Source: Octopus sinensis
Lineage: Eukaryota
Length of the DNA stretch: 64,000 nucleotides
Assembly: GCF_006345805.1 (NCBI RefSeq)
Contig: NC_043022.1
Span: 3,472,001-3,536,000, forward strand
Reading direction: 5' to 3'
This document shows, one piece after another, positions 25,101 to 37,311 of this stretch. The notes under the pieces are model-generated. The model was not told where the DNA came from. It saw only the letters and a list, made by a program, of their open reading frames with translations, and ran no database searches. Position numbers and translations under genes: made by a program. Every line of letters begins with the position of its first letter. The first letter of the stretch is position 1.

Positions 25101-27020
25101 TGTGTGTTACTGCCACCTAGTGTTGACATTGTGCGATAGTTATAAATGAGTGTCACCAACATGAAAGTAATGAGCCCCTTATTTCCAGTCTTCCATGGAA
25201 GCATCTCTGGCCATGGAGAAATATTAGCTTACCTGGAGGCAGGTGAGGGTTGGTGGCAGGTAAGGCATCCAGTGTCAACAAATTCTGTCTAACCCATGCA
25301 AGCATGGAAATGTGGACGTTAAAATGATGACGATGTCAAATACAGATTGACGTTAGATATAAGAAGCATGGGTTCATAAGAGAAGAGGAAAGCTGGTCTC
25401 TTCAGGGGGCAGATTTGTCTTCTGCTTCAAATTGGTGCTTATGAAGGTCCTAATAATATCAGAATTCTAAAGAAATGTACAATGTAACACAATCAATTAA
25501 ACATCGTCACCATTTAATGTCTGTTTTCCATGCTGGCATGGGTTGGACAGTTTGACAGGAGCTGGTAAGGCTGGGGACTGCATTACTAATAGCTAAAAAA
25601 AAGTCAATAAAATTGGTTACAGGTTAAATATTTGAACAGTTACAGACGAGCATACCAACTGGCATTATTTTGACCGTTCAAAGGCAGGAATATGGTGGAC
25701 CCATTAGACAGACCGTCAGACAAAAATCCCATGTGGTATTTAATCTGGCTGTTTATGTTCTGAGTTCAAATCCTGCCACGGTCAACTTTACCTTTTATCA
25801 TCCATTCAGGGTTGATAAAAAGTACCAGTCAAGTACTGGTTCTGATGGTATTAACTCTTTAGTGTTCGAATTATTCTGCCAAAATTAATGCTTTTTAATC
25901 CACATTGTTTTGAACTAATCATGCATTATCTTGTAGTTATGAGATTATGATGATGTAGCTGTTAATTTTTAAAATGATATTGCAGGGTTGGTATGAGAGA
26001 CCAGATCTGGCCAGTTTGAACATAAAACAGGCAGAATATTTTTGGCCGGATATGGCCGGTTTAAATGCTAAAGGGTTAACTAAACTTGTCTCCTCCCTAA
26101 AAAAAAAAAATCTGACTTTGTACCCAAAATTAAGAACAAATGGTTCAACCATGAAAGGGGAGTGAAACCAGTTTTTATTCAGAGACACAACAGAGTTATG
26201 TTCCTTCGCTCAATGGCTGTAGTTAGCAACTTTACAACACATGGTCGTCAACCGCCAGTAATTTTTGAATTCCACAATTACTGTGGCTATTAAAATAACA
26301 AGCTTGTAGCTTCTCAAACTAGTCATTCAAACAATATTTCTGTTTCCGTATTAAAAAAAAAGGGGGGGGGGAGAAAAGGATGCTAGTTAATGACTTACAA
26401 GTGAAAGCTCTCGTTTGAAAACAATTGCTACTTCAAATCTGAAGAAGGATTCTTTGGCGCAGGATTACAGGCCACAGAATGGAACCCTTGAACGAGAGGT
26501 TGTTTAAAGGACAAAACACTACAGCTGAAGAGCAGTGGAGTGGTGCACATCCACTACAGTAGAAAAATCCCATCCCCCAACTTAGCACACGATGGGATTG
26601 AACTTGAGGTCACACGGTTGCAAAGCAAACTATTCAACCACACAGCCATGCCTGCCCCTTGCAATGTATTTGAGAAATTTAAGCCTTAATCTCTCTCTCT
26701 CTCTTATATATTTATATGTATATTTAAGTAGTTGAATGAATTATCCTAGTATGGATAATTCGGTAAACCGATACCCGGGTAGCAAATTCACGTCAGAAAA
26801 CACGGTTGAAGCTACATGCCAAGGGCAGAGATCACGTGCTTTCGTGTGGAAATTTGTGTGTTTTTTTACTATAAATAAATGAAGGCGGCATAATGCACCC
26901 CTTATTCCTTCGAAATTAGGAATATACAGTCTTTGAAACATATGTCGAGAATAAAGGAATTTTGTTAAATCGTCGTTCGACTCCATTCTTTCATTTATTT
27001 ATACTTATATGTATATATAA

Positions 27021-27160
27021 GAAAAATTGAATGTAGGAGGTTCATATTTTTATCCGTGTGAGTCATGTCGGATATTTAACCACAACCATAAATATCCGAC
27101 ATGACTCACATCTCTTTCTCACATGGATAAAAATATGGATCTCCCACATTCAATTTTCCT
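27021..27160. repeat. Fold-back palindrome (perfect 21-bp inner arms, imperfect outer arms of about 36 bp)
   Basis: tgtgagtcatgtcggatattt (27057-27077) / aaatatccgacatgactcaca (27090-27110), 12-nt loop. Confidence 0.9.
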
Positions 27161-27536
27161 GATATATTCCCTCTCAAATTCATTGTATTATGGTTTGTAC
27201 TTCCTGCACTGAAGAGTACATTGATATATTAAATTTAATTTAATCATGAATTTATATTATCATCATTTTATATATATATATATATATATATATGAAACGT
27301 AGAGTAGATGAAACCATGGCGACTGAAGAAGGGGTTTTTTCTTTGTGTTAATTGTCCTGTACTCTATTTTTTTGTTGTTTAAAAAAAAAGTCCAGTTCCA
27401 TGGGTTTGTGTCTATGTTTTCGTTTCTCATTATGTCCGACGTTTTTTTGGTGTCCTGTACTCATATATGCGTGTATATATACATGTAGAGGTAGGTACGT
27501 ACATATATGTATATATATATGCATATGTTTTATTTA

Positions 27537-27580
<44 letters not shown>

Positions 27581-28070
27581 CATATTTATTAAAGATTGCT
27601 GCTAAAGTAATGTAGAAGGATGTATTAGTATACACAGTACATAGTGGAGAGAGTGAGAGAGGAGAGAGCGTAAGAGAGACAGAGAAGGTGAAGACGACTT
27701 AAAGTAATTAGAGAGAGAGAAAAGTAAAAAGAAAGCTGAAAGTAGGTTTACCCGTTACCAATAATTGCGAATTCACCCAATCGCAAGAATGCGTTCACCC
27801 TAATATGAAGTGTGTGTTCATCCAATAACAAGAGTACATTCACTGATAGCAAGTATGTTCCCCTTATACCAAGTGTGCGTTTGCCCTGATATGAAATACG
27901 TTCACCCAACATCAAGTGTTTTTTTTTTTTTTTACCCACATTTGCAAAAGAGCGAGAGGAAAGAAAAAAAGTTGAAAAGAAAAATTAAAAAACTGCCAAG
28001 TTAAATTTGAACCGGCCGTCATGCCAACCAAATTGCACCCTTAGCATGTGTTGTAGAGTCAACTGATTAC

Positions 28071-28799
28071 CTGAGTTGGTGTATTGCCAATGCGGTACCT
28101 GTTCATTGACACCAGAATATTCCGATGACGACGATGATGACAACGATGGCAGAAGTTTGGACATGGCTACCAGAGGCGACTGCATGGGGCCTTTAGTCTG
28201 CAGGAGATGCGACAATGCAGCCGGGGCCACAGCCGGAATGCCCGTCACTCTTTTCTTTAACTGACCTGAGTGAGATTGGTCGGAGAGCAACAACTTGTCG
28301 GCACAATTACGTAAACCTTGGCTGGCATGGAAGTCTTTGTGGTCCTTGTGTTTGCATGGTTTGTCAGAGGATGTGGAAAAGCATGGAAAACATAAAGTCG
28401 AAATAGATCTACAATGCACACATTCAGCGGAACCTAGGTTCAAACAGGGGTACGTATAGAGGCCAAGCTTTCGTTCATGTTCGTACACATGCTGACAAGC
28501 ACATCTCGATGGTAACGGGATGCTTTCAAGAGGAACACGTTTAAAATGAACATTGTGAAAATTAGATTTCTTTGTGCTGCAAACTGGTGATGAGGATGGT
28601 GAGGCCCGACCAAAGTGATGGAAGGAGCCATGTCTTGAGGGTTTGTTGACGGCACTCAGATTTGGCAGGGCCTTACTACTTAGATGGTTAGCAGGGTGGT
28701 TAGCATTCATGTTTAACGGATAAGCAGACTGACTACAAAAAACATCAAAGAAAGCAGGTTCAGTAGGTGTTGAGCAAGACACGGGATAATGGTCCTCAC
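28071..28799 (-). CDS. KSR: Candidate alternative in-frame extension of KSR exon f (729 nt, 243 codons)
   Basis: The frame stays open past the 28800 donor through repeat-free sequence. A second phase-1 donor, TCAG/gtaatc, sits at 28071/28070; otherwise the frame stops at 27985. Confidence 0.5.
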
Positions 28800-29012
28800 C
28801 TGGGAACGGAAACTGAGATGGTAAGGGCACAACCTTCGGGGAGGCAGCCGGAGAGGGAGAAGTGATGCTGGCAGGGGAAGTGATGGGGAGAGCAGGAGAA
28901 GATGGGGTGGATGAGTTACAAGACGATGTGTTGGAGCCTGAATCCTGGCGTTGGAGTGTAGGAACAGACTTCACCAGCTTTATAATGCTTCGCCGAGTGT
29001 TTTTGGGAGAAC
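28800..29012 (-). CDS. KSR: KSR exon f, short form (213 nt, phase 1 to 1): Ser/Thr-rich CA4 with FxFP ERK-docking motif
   Basis: Acceptor tatttttctag, donor CAG/gtgagg. Translates GSPKNTRRSIIKLVKSVPTLQRQDSGSNTSSCNSSTPSSP...SQFPFP. Confidence 0.9.
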
Positions 29013-29643
29013 CTAGAAAAATAGATATACAGAGGAGTGAGGAAATATTACTTGACATTAGGGGTCAGGAAACAATAGAATGGCATTAAACCCAGATCAA
29101 AAAAACAAAAACAACAACAAATTGGTTTCAGGTTTCTTTCTTTCCTTCTTTTTTTTTTGTTTTTTTTTTTAAAAAGTTTTCTGCCATGAAATTACAACAA
29201 CAAACAGACAGACAACAACGAACTGATTTCTGATACAGAACACGCCATAGAGAAAACCACAAGACAAATATAACAACAACAACAACAACAACAAATTATG
29301 ATTGCGAAATGAAAAACCGTCGAAGACAATTGGGGGGTGGGGCGAGGCGGAGGGAGAAGGGCAAAGGTGAAATATTTAAACAAACAAATTATTTTAACGA
29401 TGTTGTCTGAACTGTAATCCCTGAGTTTTTGGTTAGCTCTTAATATTACATTTCAAAATCACATCTACCGAGAGGAGAAACTAGTGACAAAGTCTTACGT
29501 AGGTCAGCAGTTCTTAACCAAGGTGGCCCGTGCGAGGAAAATAGTGAACTGGGGGAGCCATGGTGGTATTTTAAGGCCCCTATGAAAATGTTTTGCTAAA
29601 CCAGCAAGATTTCTTTCTTTAACACTTAACATAGTTTAACATG

Positions 29644-30027
29644 TGGAGGCGCAATGGCCCAGTGGTTAGGGCAGCGGACTCGTGGTCGTAGGATCGCGGT
29701 TTCGATTCCCAGATTGGGCGTTGTGAGTGTTTATTGAGCAAAAACACCTAAAGCTCCACGAGGCTCCGGCAGGGGGTGGTGGTGATCCCTGCTGTACTCT
29801 TTCACCACAACTTTCTCTCACTCTTACTTCCTGTTTCTGTTGTACCTGTATTTCAAAGGGCCGGCCTTGTCACTCTCTGTGTCACGCTGAATATCCCCGA
29901 GAACTACATTAAGGGTGCACGTGTCTGTGGAGTGCTCAGCCACTTACACGTTAATTTCACGAGCAGGCTGTTCCGTTGATCGGATCAACCGGAACCCTCA
30001 TCGTCGTAACCGACGGAGTGCTTCCAT
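29644..30027 (+). mobile_element. Third tRNA-derived SINE family, 14-bp TSD; another full copy at 16390-16773
   Basis: Head tggaggcgcaatggcccagtggttagg..ggtttcgattccc; atagtttaacatgt at 29631-29644 and 30030-30043. Confidence 0.88.
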
Positions 30028-30945
30028 AGATAGTTTAACATGTTTCCGGCCATTGAAACAGGTTCTCTCAGAGATTAATTAAACCTACACAAGTACAGGT
30101 GTGACAAACAAAATAAAGAGTTTTGATACAAAGAATGGCTATGGAGGTCCACAAGAATAAAATAGTAACCAAGGGTAACCAGAAGTAACAAAAAAAAAAA
30201 AAAAAGGAACAACTGATGTAGGTACTTGATGTTACAAGAAAATAGTAGCTAAATCACAATTAAATAACTCCATTATCTTATAAAAAGAAGAGCAAATTGA
30301 TAATGCAGTCCATGATACACTATGACTGAAGATAAGTTAGAAAAATATAGATGGTCATGGCTGGAATACCTTTGATCAAAAGGAGGTGTACCAGAACATG
30401 GCTGGCCTGGAGCTAAGCAAAGAACAAAAATAATCAAGAAACTATAGACGTGAACAATTTCAATGTTTAATGAGACCTGGCTAATTAGTCAGAAATTGAT
30501 GATGAATTAATTAGTAGATTGAATTGATTAGACAGCAACACAACCAACTCGTTACCAACATGTTGGAGGTGTAAGTAATTTCAAAGGCAGGATTTGAACT
30601 CAGACTGTACAGAGCAGAAGCATATATGGCAAGGCATGCCACTCAACTCCCTACCAATTCTATAAGCCCACAGCCCTGGACCACTACATTGTTTATCGAC
30701 CCAGAAAAGATGAAATGCAAAGTTGACTGTGGCATGATTTGAACTCTTGATCAGAGGATCAACACAAATGCCACAAAACATCCTAACCGACACTAACAAT
30801 TCTGCCAATTTACTGTAAAGAATGAAGAGCCTGATAGTCCAGGGCCAGCAGATGTGTCTGCAGTTCTATGTGGTATATAACATCATGTGTAACAACTATA
30901 ACAAATTCTACGTCAGAAATACTGCCAGATAAGTACACATATGGT

Positions 30946-31444
30946 TTAACCTTTTCGTTACCAACCCGACCGAAACCGGCTCTGGCTCTGTAGTACAAAT
31001 GTCTTGTTTTCATAAGTTTTGCATCAAAATATACCACCAAACCTTAGTCGCAATTTATATTCCTAATACTAGCTTATTTTACTAAATTCTTTGTTATATT
31101 TAAAATGAATTGAAAGAAACACAGACCATCTCAACAGGAATATGGTAAGAAAAGGGTTAAGGCATTAACCCTTTGGAAACTGCCTCTGGCTCTGTAGTAT
31201 TTAGACTTCTGTCATTAACCCCTTTTGATACCAACCTGGCTGAAACCACCTCTGGCTCTGTCATTCAAATGTCTTGTTTTCATAAGTTTTGCATCAAAAT
31301 ATACCATCAAACCGTAGTCGCAATTTATACTCCTAATACTAGCTTAATGATAACTAAGTTATTTTACTAAATTCTTTTTTATATTTAAAATAATAGAAAG
31401 AAACACAGAGCACCTCAAAATAAATACAGTAACGAAAGAGTTAA
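30946..31444 (+). mobile_element. Dimer of a TTAA-bounded MITE (piggyBac-like)
   Basis: ttaaccc/ttaacc...aagggttaa/gagttaa units with the internal ctggctctgtagtacaaatgtcttgtttt motif. Confidence 0.7.
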
Positions 31445-34378
31445 AGAACATTTCTGTGTCAATGCTACTTCCATAAACAAAAACAAAACAAAATCATACA
31501 CAGAAATGCCACACCCAAGGCATCCAAGTTTACAGAAAGAAACACTGGGAACTTGCGGATAAAAGATGCCATTTTAATTAACAAGTATAACAAAATATCT
31601 GAACTGCATACAGCTGATTGGCTACTACAGTAATGCAGAATCTCCCTCCATACATAGATATAACAGAACAGAGAAGTCAGCAAACAGCACCGTTTCTCCA
31701 TACATATTTTAAGGTCTTAATCATGAAATATTGTAATGCTAGGCAAAAGTACTGACCACCAATCTCTATTTTTAATTTTTAAATACCTTACATTAAGGAA
31801 AAGAACTGAAAGATATTTGTAAGAGATATATGAGAGGATGGGACATGCGGGACATTAGGTCACCACAGAATACAAGCAACGGGAGGACATTTGATGCATC
31901 TCAAAGACCAGGTTTGAATTAGGAAGACTCGAAATGGATGGAATGGTAACAAATTTAGAAAATACACTACAGAAATAAGACAGCAACATTATAAGTAAGC
32001 TTGAATGAGAGACAGCGAGGGACGGGAACATTGAACAAGTCTCCAACAGACATATAAAAATATATAATATATATATGTACAAAACAACAACAACATAAAC
32101 AAAACAGTACGAGGAGGCTGGTGAAAGATGAGAAGACAGAGTGGAAATAAGACAGTAGATAATATACATTGAACGAGATGACAAAAAAAAGCAAAGATCA
32201 TTACACCAAAATACGATTGCTAAATGCTGTTGAAAGACGAGGACGAATGGAGACACACAGACACTGATATATGTCGTGAACAGAACCAGAACACGAGTAA
32301 CAACAACAAAGAAATACAAACAATTAACAAGCAAAATAACTTCAAGAAATATCAAATTGTTGCTTAACAAATAATCAAGTGCAATAATTTGCATTGTTTT
32401 AGCTTCGAGTAAAATATAAACCATTGCTCAACCATTTCAAGAGTGGAATTTCTTTTCACTTAACTCCTTTAACGTTCTTCAGATTCCTCAATCAAATGGA
32501 ATTGATAATTTATTTACATTGTTTTGAATCAACCATGCATTATCTTGTAGCTTTGACATTTCAATGATGTGGTTGTTTATTTTTATAATGGCATTGTAGG
32601 GTAGGTGTGAGAAGCTAGATCTGGCCATTTTGAACAGGAAGCTGACAGAATATCTGGGCTGGATACAGCTGACTCAATCTATTCGGTCAAATGTAATGTT
32701 TAATGAACCGTGCGTTATCTTGTAGCTTCAAGACTTCAATAATGGGACCACTTTTAGAATGACATTGTTGGGTAGGCATGAAAGGCCAGATCTAGCTAGT
32801 TTGAACATAAAACCACGAGACTATTCAGGCCAGAGATGGACTATTTTCAATGGTAAAGGGTAAATTCTTTTAGTGAGAAAGGAAGAGCAGTGCCTTTGAC
32901 TGTTTGTATGACTTCTGACACTGGTGGGACGGAGGGAGAGATGACCCCCAATTGGAGGCCAAACCCAAATGCTTCGAACAGAGGCACCAAAGCACGCAAG
33001 GTCTAGACAGTGGTGTTAAACGGAAGAAAAGATTAAGTCTATAAACCAATTTCTCACAGTGCTTCACTGTAATACAAGAGCTACAATGAGACATTATACA
33101 AACATTGGTTAGAACCAAAGACATTTTTTGTAGGTTTAGGGCCTCTCAAACCATCCCTTTTACGGCAACTCATTGGATGTGTTAAGTAATAAACTATTCA
33201 ATAGAACGAACCTAAGCTCGCGGTATGGCCCACGTACGTGTGGACGTACCCACGACCGATGCCGGAAGGCGTTCACGAGATACACGCGGTCGATACGTGT
33301 TATGTTTCAGAATGCAATCAGGGTTTTAATCAAACCAGCCCCTATTTATTGTGAGATATACAGTCCCGAAAGTTTAGGAATTTAAAGTATGTAAGTTAGT
33401 TGGCCCTTATTTATTGAGAAAGATAAAATCTGCAAAATTTAGAAATTAAAAGCATGATTAGTTGATCCCTGTTTAAAGGGAGGCATAAAGCGAGATTATA
33501 TTTAGTTTAGTTTAAAATATGTGGTCAGTTAGTCCCTATTTAAGGGGAGAAATTCTATGCAAGATTAAATTTAGTAATGTAAAATGTAGTTAGTTGGCTC
33601 CTATATATTGAGAGACATCCCTAAAATATAGGAATTAAAGATGATTAGCTGACATGCACATCAAAAGTAATTAGCTATAAGATAATTTAATTGGTTTTGC
33701 ACTGTGTTAAAACTATAATAGGTGTGTTTAGTTAGCAGGGTTCTGAGTAGATATGTGTATCAGAGGTTGAACTATCCACATATAAATTACATACACACAC
33801 ACACTGTATTTGTGGGTTGACAAGGCTATCATTGATTTAATGCCAAGAGAAATTTTCATAGCAAATATCAAGTCTTTCACATGGAACAGTGGTACTTGCT
33901 TCCATCTTGGATGAGAATACATGAGGCTACACAAGAATGTACGGGATTAGGAGATAAATAAACATTTATTCTTTTGAAGCTGAAAAGACTTCACAAGCTG
34001 TTACTCAAGCAGTCAGACTCTTTGATCACTGGTTCAGTCACGTGAAACTCTCATTATCATTAGCTTTAATAAAACACTATTTTACTCTACCTTTGGTATT
34101 CGAGTACTATTTTCCCCACCAAGTTTTGCAACTATATGCTCCCATGCATACGTGTGTGCATTTAAACTGAAATATTACTCAATTCTTTTTAATAAAATGC
34201 GTGTTTATAAAAAAAATTTCCAGGAAGAGAGGCAACAGTAGCTTAGAAGGTTCAAACTCAGACAAAGGCTAGCAGGCCCAAAACATTAAAAGCACCGTCA
34301 GCAACCTCTCCCTGTAAAAGTGTGTGCTTATGTATACATATATATATACACGCACATAAGTGTATATATATATATATG

Positions 34379-34575
34379 TAATTAGGGTTCAGCAAAAATA
34401 TTTACTTTACCACACACCGAACTTTTAGAAATAGCAGCCAAAGAATTTAGCTATTTCTCCTACTACATTGTCTGGGAGATTCTTCTTATAGTAGGAGAAA
34501 TAGCTAAATTCTTTGGCTGCTATTTCTAAAAGTTTGGTGTGTGGTAAAGTAAATTTTTTAACTGAACCCTAATTA
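34379..34575. repeat. Fold-back palindrome, arms of about 87 bp, 23-nt loop
   Basis: taattagggttcagc...gctatttctcctacta and its reverse complement tagtaggagaaatagc...ctgaaccctaatta. Confidence 0.9.
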
Positions 34576-34669
34576 TATAAAGTAATGTTTAAATATACCG
34601 TAAATGGTCCTTTTACATACTGAACACTGCTTGGTAAAATTATTAATTACTAATTAATTAATTTTACCC

Positions 34670-34714
<45 letters not shown>

Positions 34715-34854
34715 GAAGGTTCAAAAGGAACACACGAGTTGATATATATATATATATACTAACGATATAGGATGAAGTCCCTTTCTCTACAGAAAAGGAT
34801 TCCATCAAAAAGCGTGGCAGTATATTAAAAAAACCCATTACGGTTGAAGTATAA

Positions 34855-35007
34855 ACATCTTATAATTAAGGGCTAAAGAAGGTTATTCTAAAGCCAATAC
34901 ACTGATTTACCAACTTATAATCCACTTGTTCAATTTTCCTGTAACAAGTGGATAAATCAGTGTATTGGCTATAGAATAACCTTCTTTAGCCCTTAATTAT
35001 AAGATGT
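34855..35007. repeat. Fold-back palindrome, 55-bp arms
   Basis: acatcttataattaagggctaaagaaggttattct... mirrored with one mismatch; extra inner pair tccacttgtt / aacaagtgga. Confidence 0.9.
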
Positions 35008-35027
35008 ATATATATATATATATATAT

Positions 35028-35354
35028 AAAAGTCAAGGTAGAAAATGTTATCATAGCTTTATAAAAGATATTTCAGTACCGGTTTCAGTCATGGAGACTT
35101 TTTCAACTGTAAGCATGGAAAACAGTTAAATTTTGGGAAAATTGAAAGAAAAGTTTTTTTAAAAGAACATTTGCATAGTGTCCAAATACAAGGGGTGTTT
35201 TCCTTGTTTCCCTCTGTCACTGTCTCCCTTGTGGGTTCGAGGTCGTTGTGAATTGAATTGTTTTCCACACTTACAGTTGAAAAGTCTCAATGGCTGAAAC
35301 CGGTACGGAAATGTTTTCTATAAAGCTATGATAACATTTTCTACCTTGACTTTT
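35028..35354. mobile_element. Inverted-repeat element with arms of about 85 bp, between (TA)n and (CA)n tracts
   Basis: aaaagtcaaggtagaaaatgttatcatagcttt...caactgtaag mirrored at 35270-35354. Confidence 0.8.
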
Positions 35355-35358
35355 TTTT

Positions 35359-35359
<1 letters not shown>

Positions 35360-35392
<33 letters not shown>

Positions 35393-35420
35393 TTTACATA
35401 CATACATAAATACATTTATA

Positions 35421-35451
<31 letters not shown>

Positions 35452-35960
35452 ACACACATAGACACATGTATATACATAGACACATATACATATATATACA
35501 CATAGGTATATACATATACATATATATATATATAGGTATATACACATATATATATATATATATAGGTATATACACATATATATAGGTATATACATATATA
35601 TATAGGTATATACATATATATAGGTATATACATATATATATATATATATGATGATGATGATGATGATGATGATATATAGGTATATACATATATACACATA
35701 TATAGATACATATACACATATATATACATATATATATATATACATTTACATATATACATATATAAATACATATACACATATATATACATATATATATATA
35801 CATATATATATATATACATTTACATATATACATATATAAATACATATACACATATATATACATATATATATACATATATATATATACACAAATACATATA
35901 TATATACATATATATATATACACAAATACATATATATATACATATATATACACACATATA
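35360..35960. repeat. (CA)n/(TA)n/(GAT)n compound microsatellite
   Basis: Directly visible. Confidence 0.95.
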
Positions 35961-36192
35961 TATGAGCTACAAAGTTATGGGGGTTGTAAAGAAACCAACA
36001 CCAGTTGCCAAACAGTGCTGGTGAACACACACGCGCACGCTCGCGCATGCACACACATGAAGTGTGTCTTTCAGTTTCCTTTTATCAAATTCACTCCTAA
36101 GGCTTTGGCCAGCCTGGAACTCGTGCAATATACATATATATGTGAATGCATAAGGCTGTATGAAGTTGACATAAGTGGCGTATCTGACTCAC

Positions 36193-36257
36193 CATACTTT
36201 AAACGAAGGCTGCAGGTATTGGGAGCTCTATTGGCACAATCGCGATGACATTTATAC
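36193..36257 (-). CDS. KSR: KSR exon e (65 nt, phase 2 to 1), second half of C1 domain
   Basis: Acceptor ttattatttccag, donor G/gtgagt. Translates [22 protein letters not shown], completing the H-C-C-C-C-H-C-C zinc ligand set. Confidence 0.93.
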
Positions 36258-37127
36258 CTGGAAATAATAAACACATAACTTGAACTGACAGACAAAACAT
36301 TTAAAAAAGTTACTGTTTCTTCTTTCCTTTATAAATCAGCTACGGCCCCACAAATGTAAAATGTAGTTAGTTGGCTCCTACATATTGAGAGACATCCTGC
36401 CGGAGCCTCATGGAGCTTTTAGGTGTTTTTCGCTCAATAAACACTCATAACACCTGGTCTGGGAATCGAAACCGCGATCCTATGACCGCGAGTCTGCTGC
36501 CCAAACCACTGGGCCATTGCTCCTCCACATCTCTCTCTATATATATATATAGTAAGAGAGAAAGAAAGAGAGTATGAAGGCAGGTCGCTTTGTGGTTAGG
36601 AGTATTTGGATCATGATCATAAGTTCAAATACTGGTGGTGTGTTGTGTCCTTGAGCAAGACACTTTATTTTACGTTGCTCCAGTCCCCTCAGCTGGCAAA
36701 AATCAACTGTACGTGTTATTCACAGGGGCCAGCCTTGTCACATTCTGTGTCACGCTGAATGTCCCCGAGAAATACAGTAAGCGTAGATTTATCTGTGGAA
36801 TACTCAATCACGTGCACGTTAATTTCAGGAGCAGGCTGTTCCGATGACGGGATCAACTGGGACCGGAAAAACCGATTGTCATAACTACACAGATTGCCAG
36901 TTACATATCGACATAGTTTGTGACAGCACGATACAAAGATGACTAATCAACGGCATGTGACACCGTTTGCGACAGGCTCATTGAGCAATAATTTGCGACA
37001 GTTCAGTATGAGGCAGGTGTGGTGACTTGCAGTAGTTTGTGACACAACCCAGGAGAGAGGCGACTCAACTTGTTTGCGGCACAGAACTTATCAAAGAGAA
37101 GGAGAGAAGAAAACATGCGGCACTTAC

Positions 37128-37208
37128 CTACAATCTTTACATATTTTTCCAAATAAAACATGCTTCCCACAATAATCACAGATCTCAAACATAGGTTTAA
37201 TGATAAAT
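37128..37208 (-). CDS. KSR: KSR exon d (81 nt, phase 2 to 2), first half of C1 (CA3) domain
   Basis: Acceptor atccatttcag, donor AG/gtaagt. Translates FIIKPMFEICDYCGKHVLFGKICKDC. Confidence 0.93.
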
Positions 37209-37311
37209 CTGAAATGGATTAAAGGAAAGCATGGGATTAAAAGCAATTCCGGTGAGGAAGACAGTAAGCTTTGTCATTCAGAAACACACAAAGACTCTCT
37301 TTACCCTTTTA

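Noticed and set aside
26399-26438. Candidate exon with donor T/gtaagt
   Set aside because: It is open only as phase 2 to 0 (FEVAIVFKRELSL), which is incompatible with the phase-1 junction between exons f and g.
30323-30360. CTGAAGA...GAAA hammerhead-like match
   Set aside because: Stem II is too short and no stem I or stem III pairing is possible.
31855-32424. 189-aa hydrophobic minus-strand ORF
   Set aside because: Low-complexity T-rich composition, no recognisable motif, and no compatible splice sites.
35318-36054. Tyr/Ile-rich ORFs
   Set aside because: (TA)n/(CA)n microsatellite artefacts.
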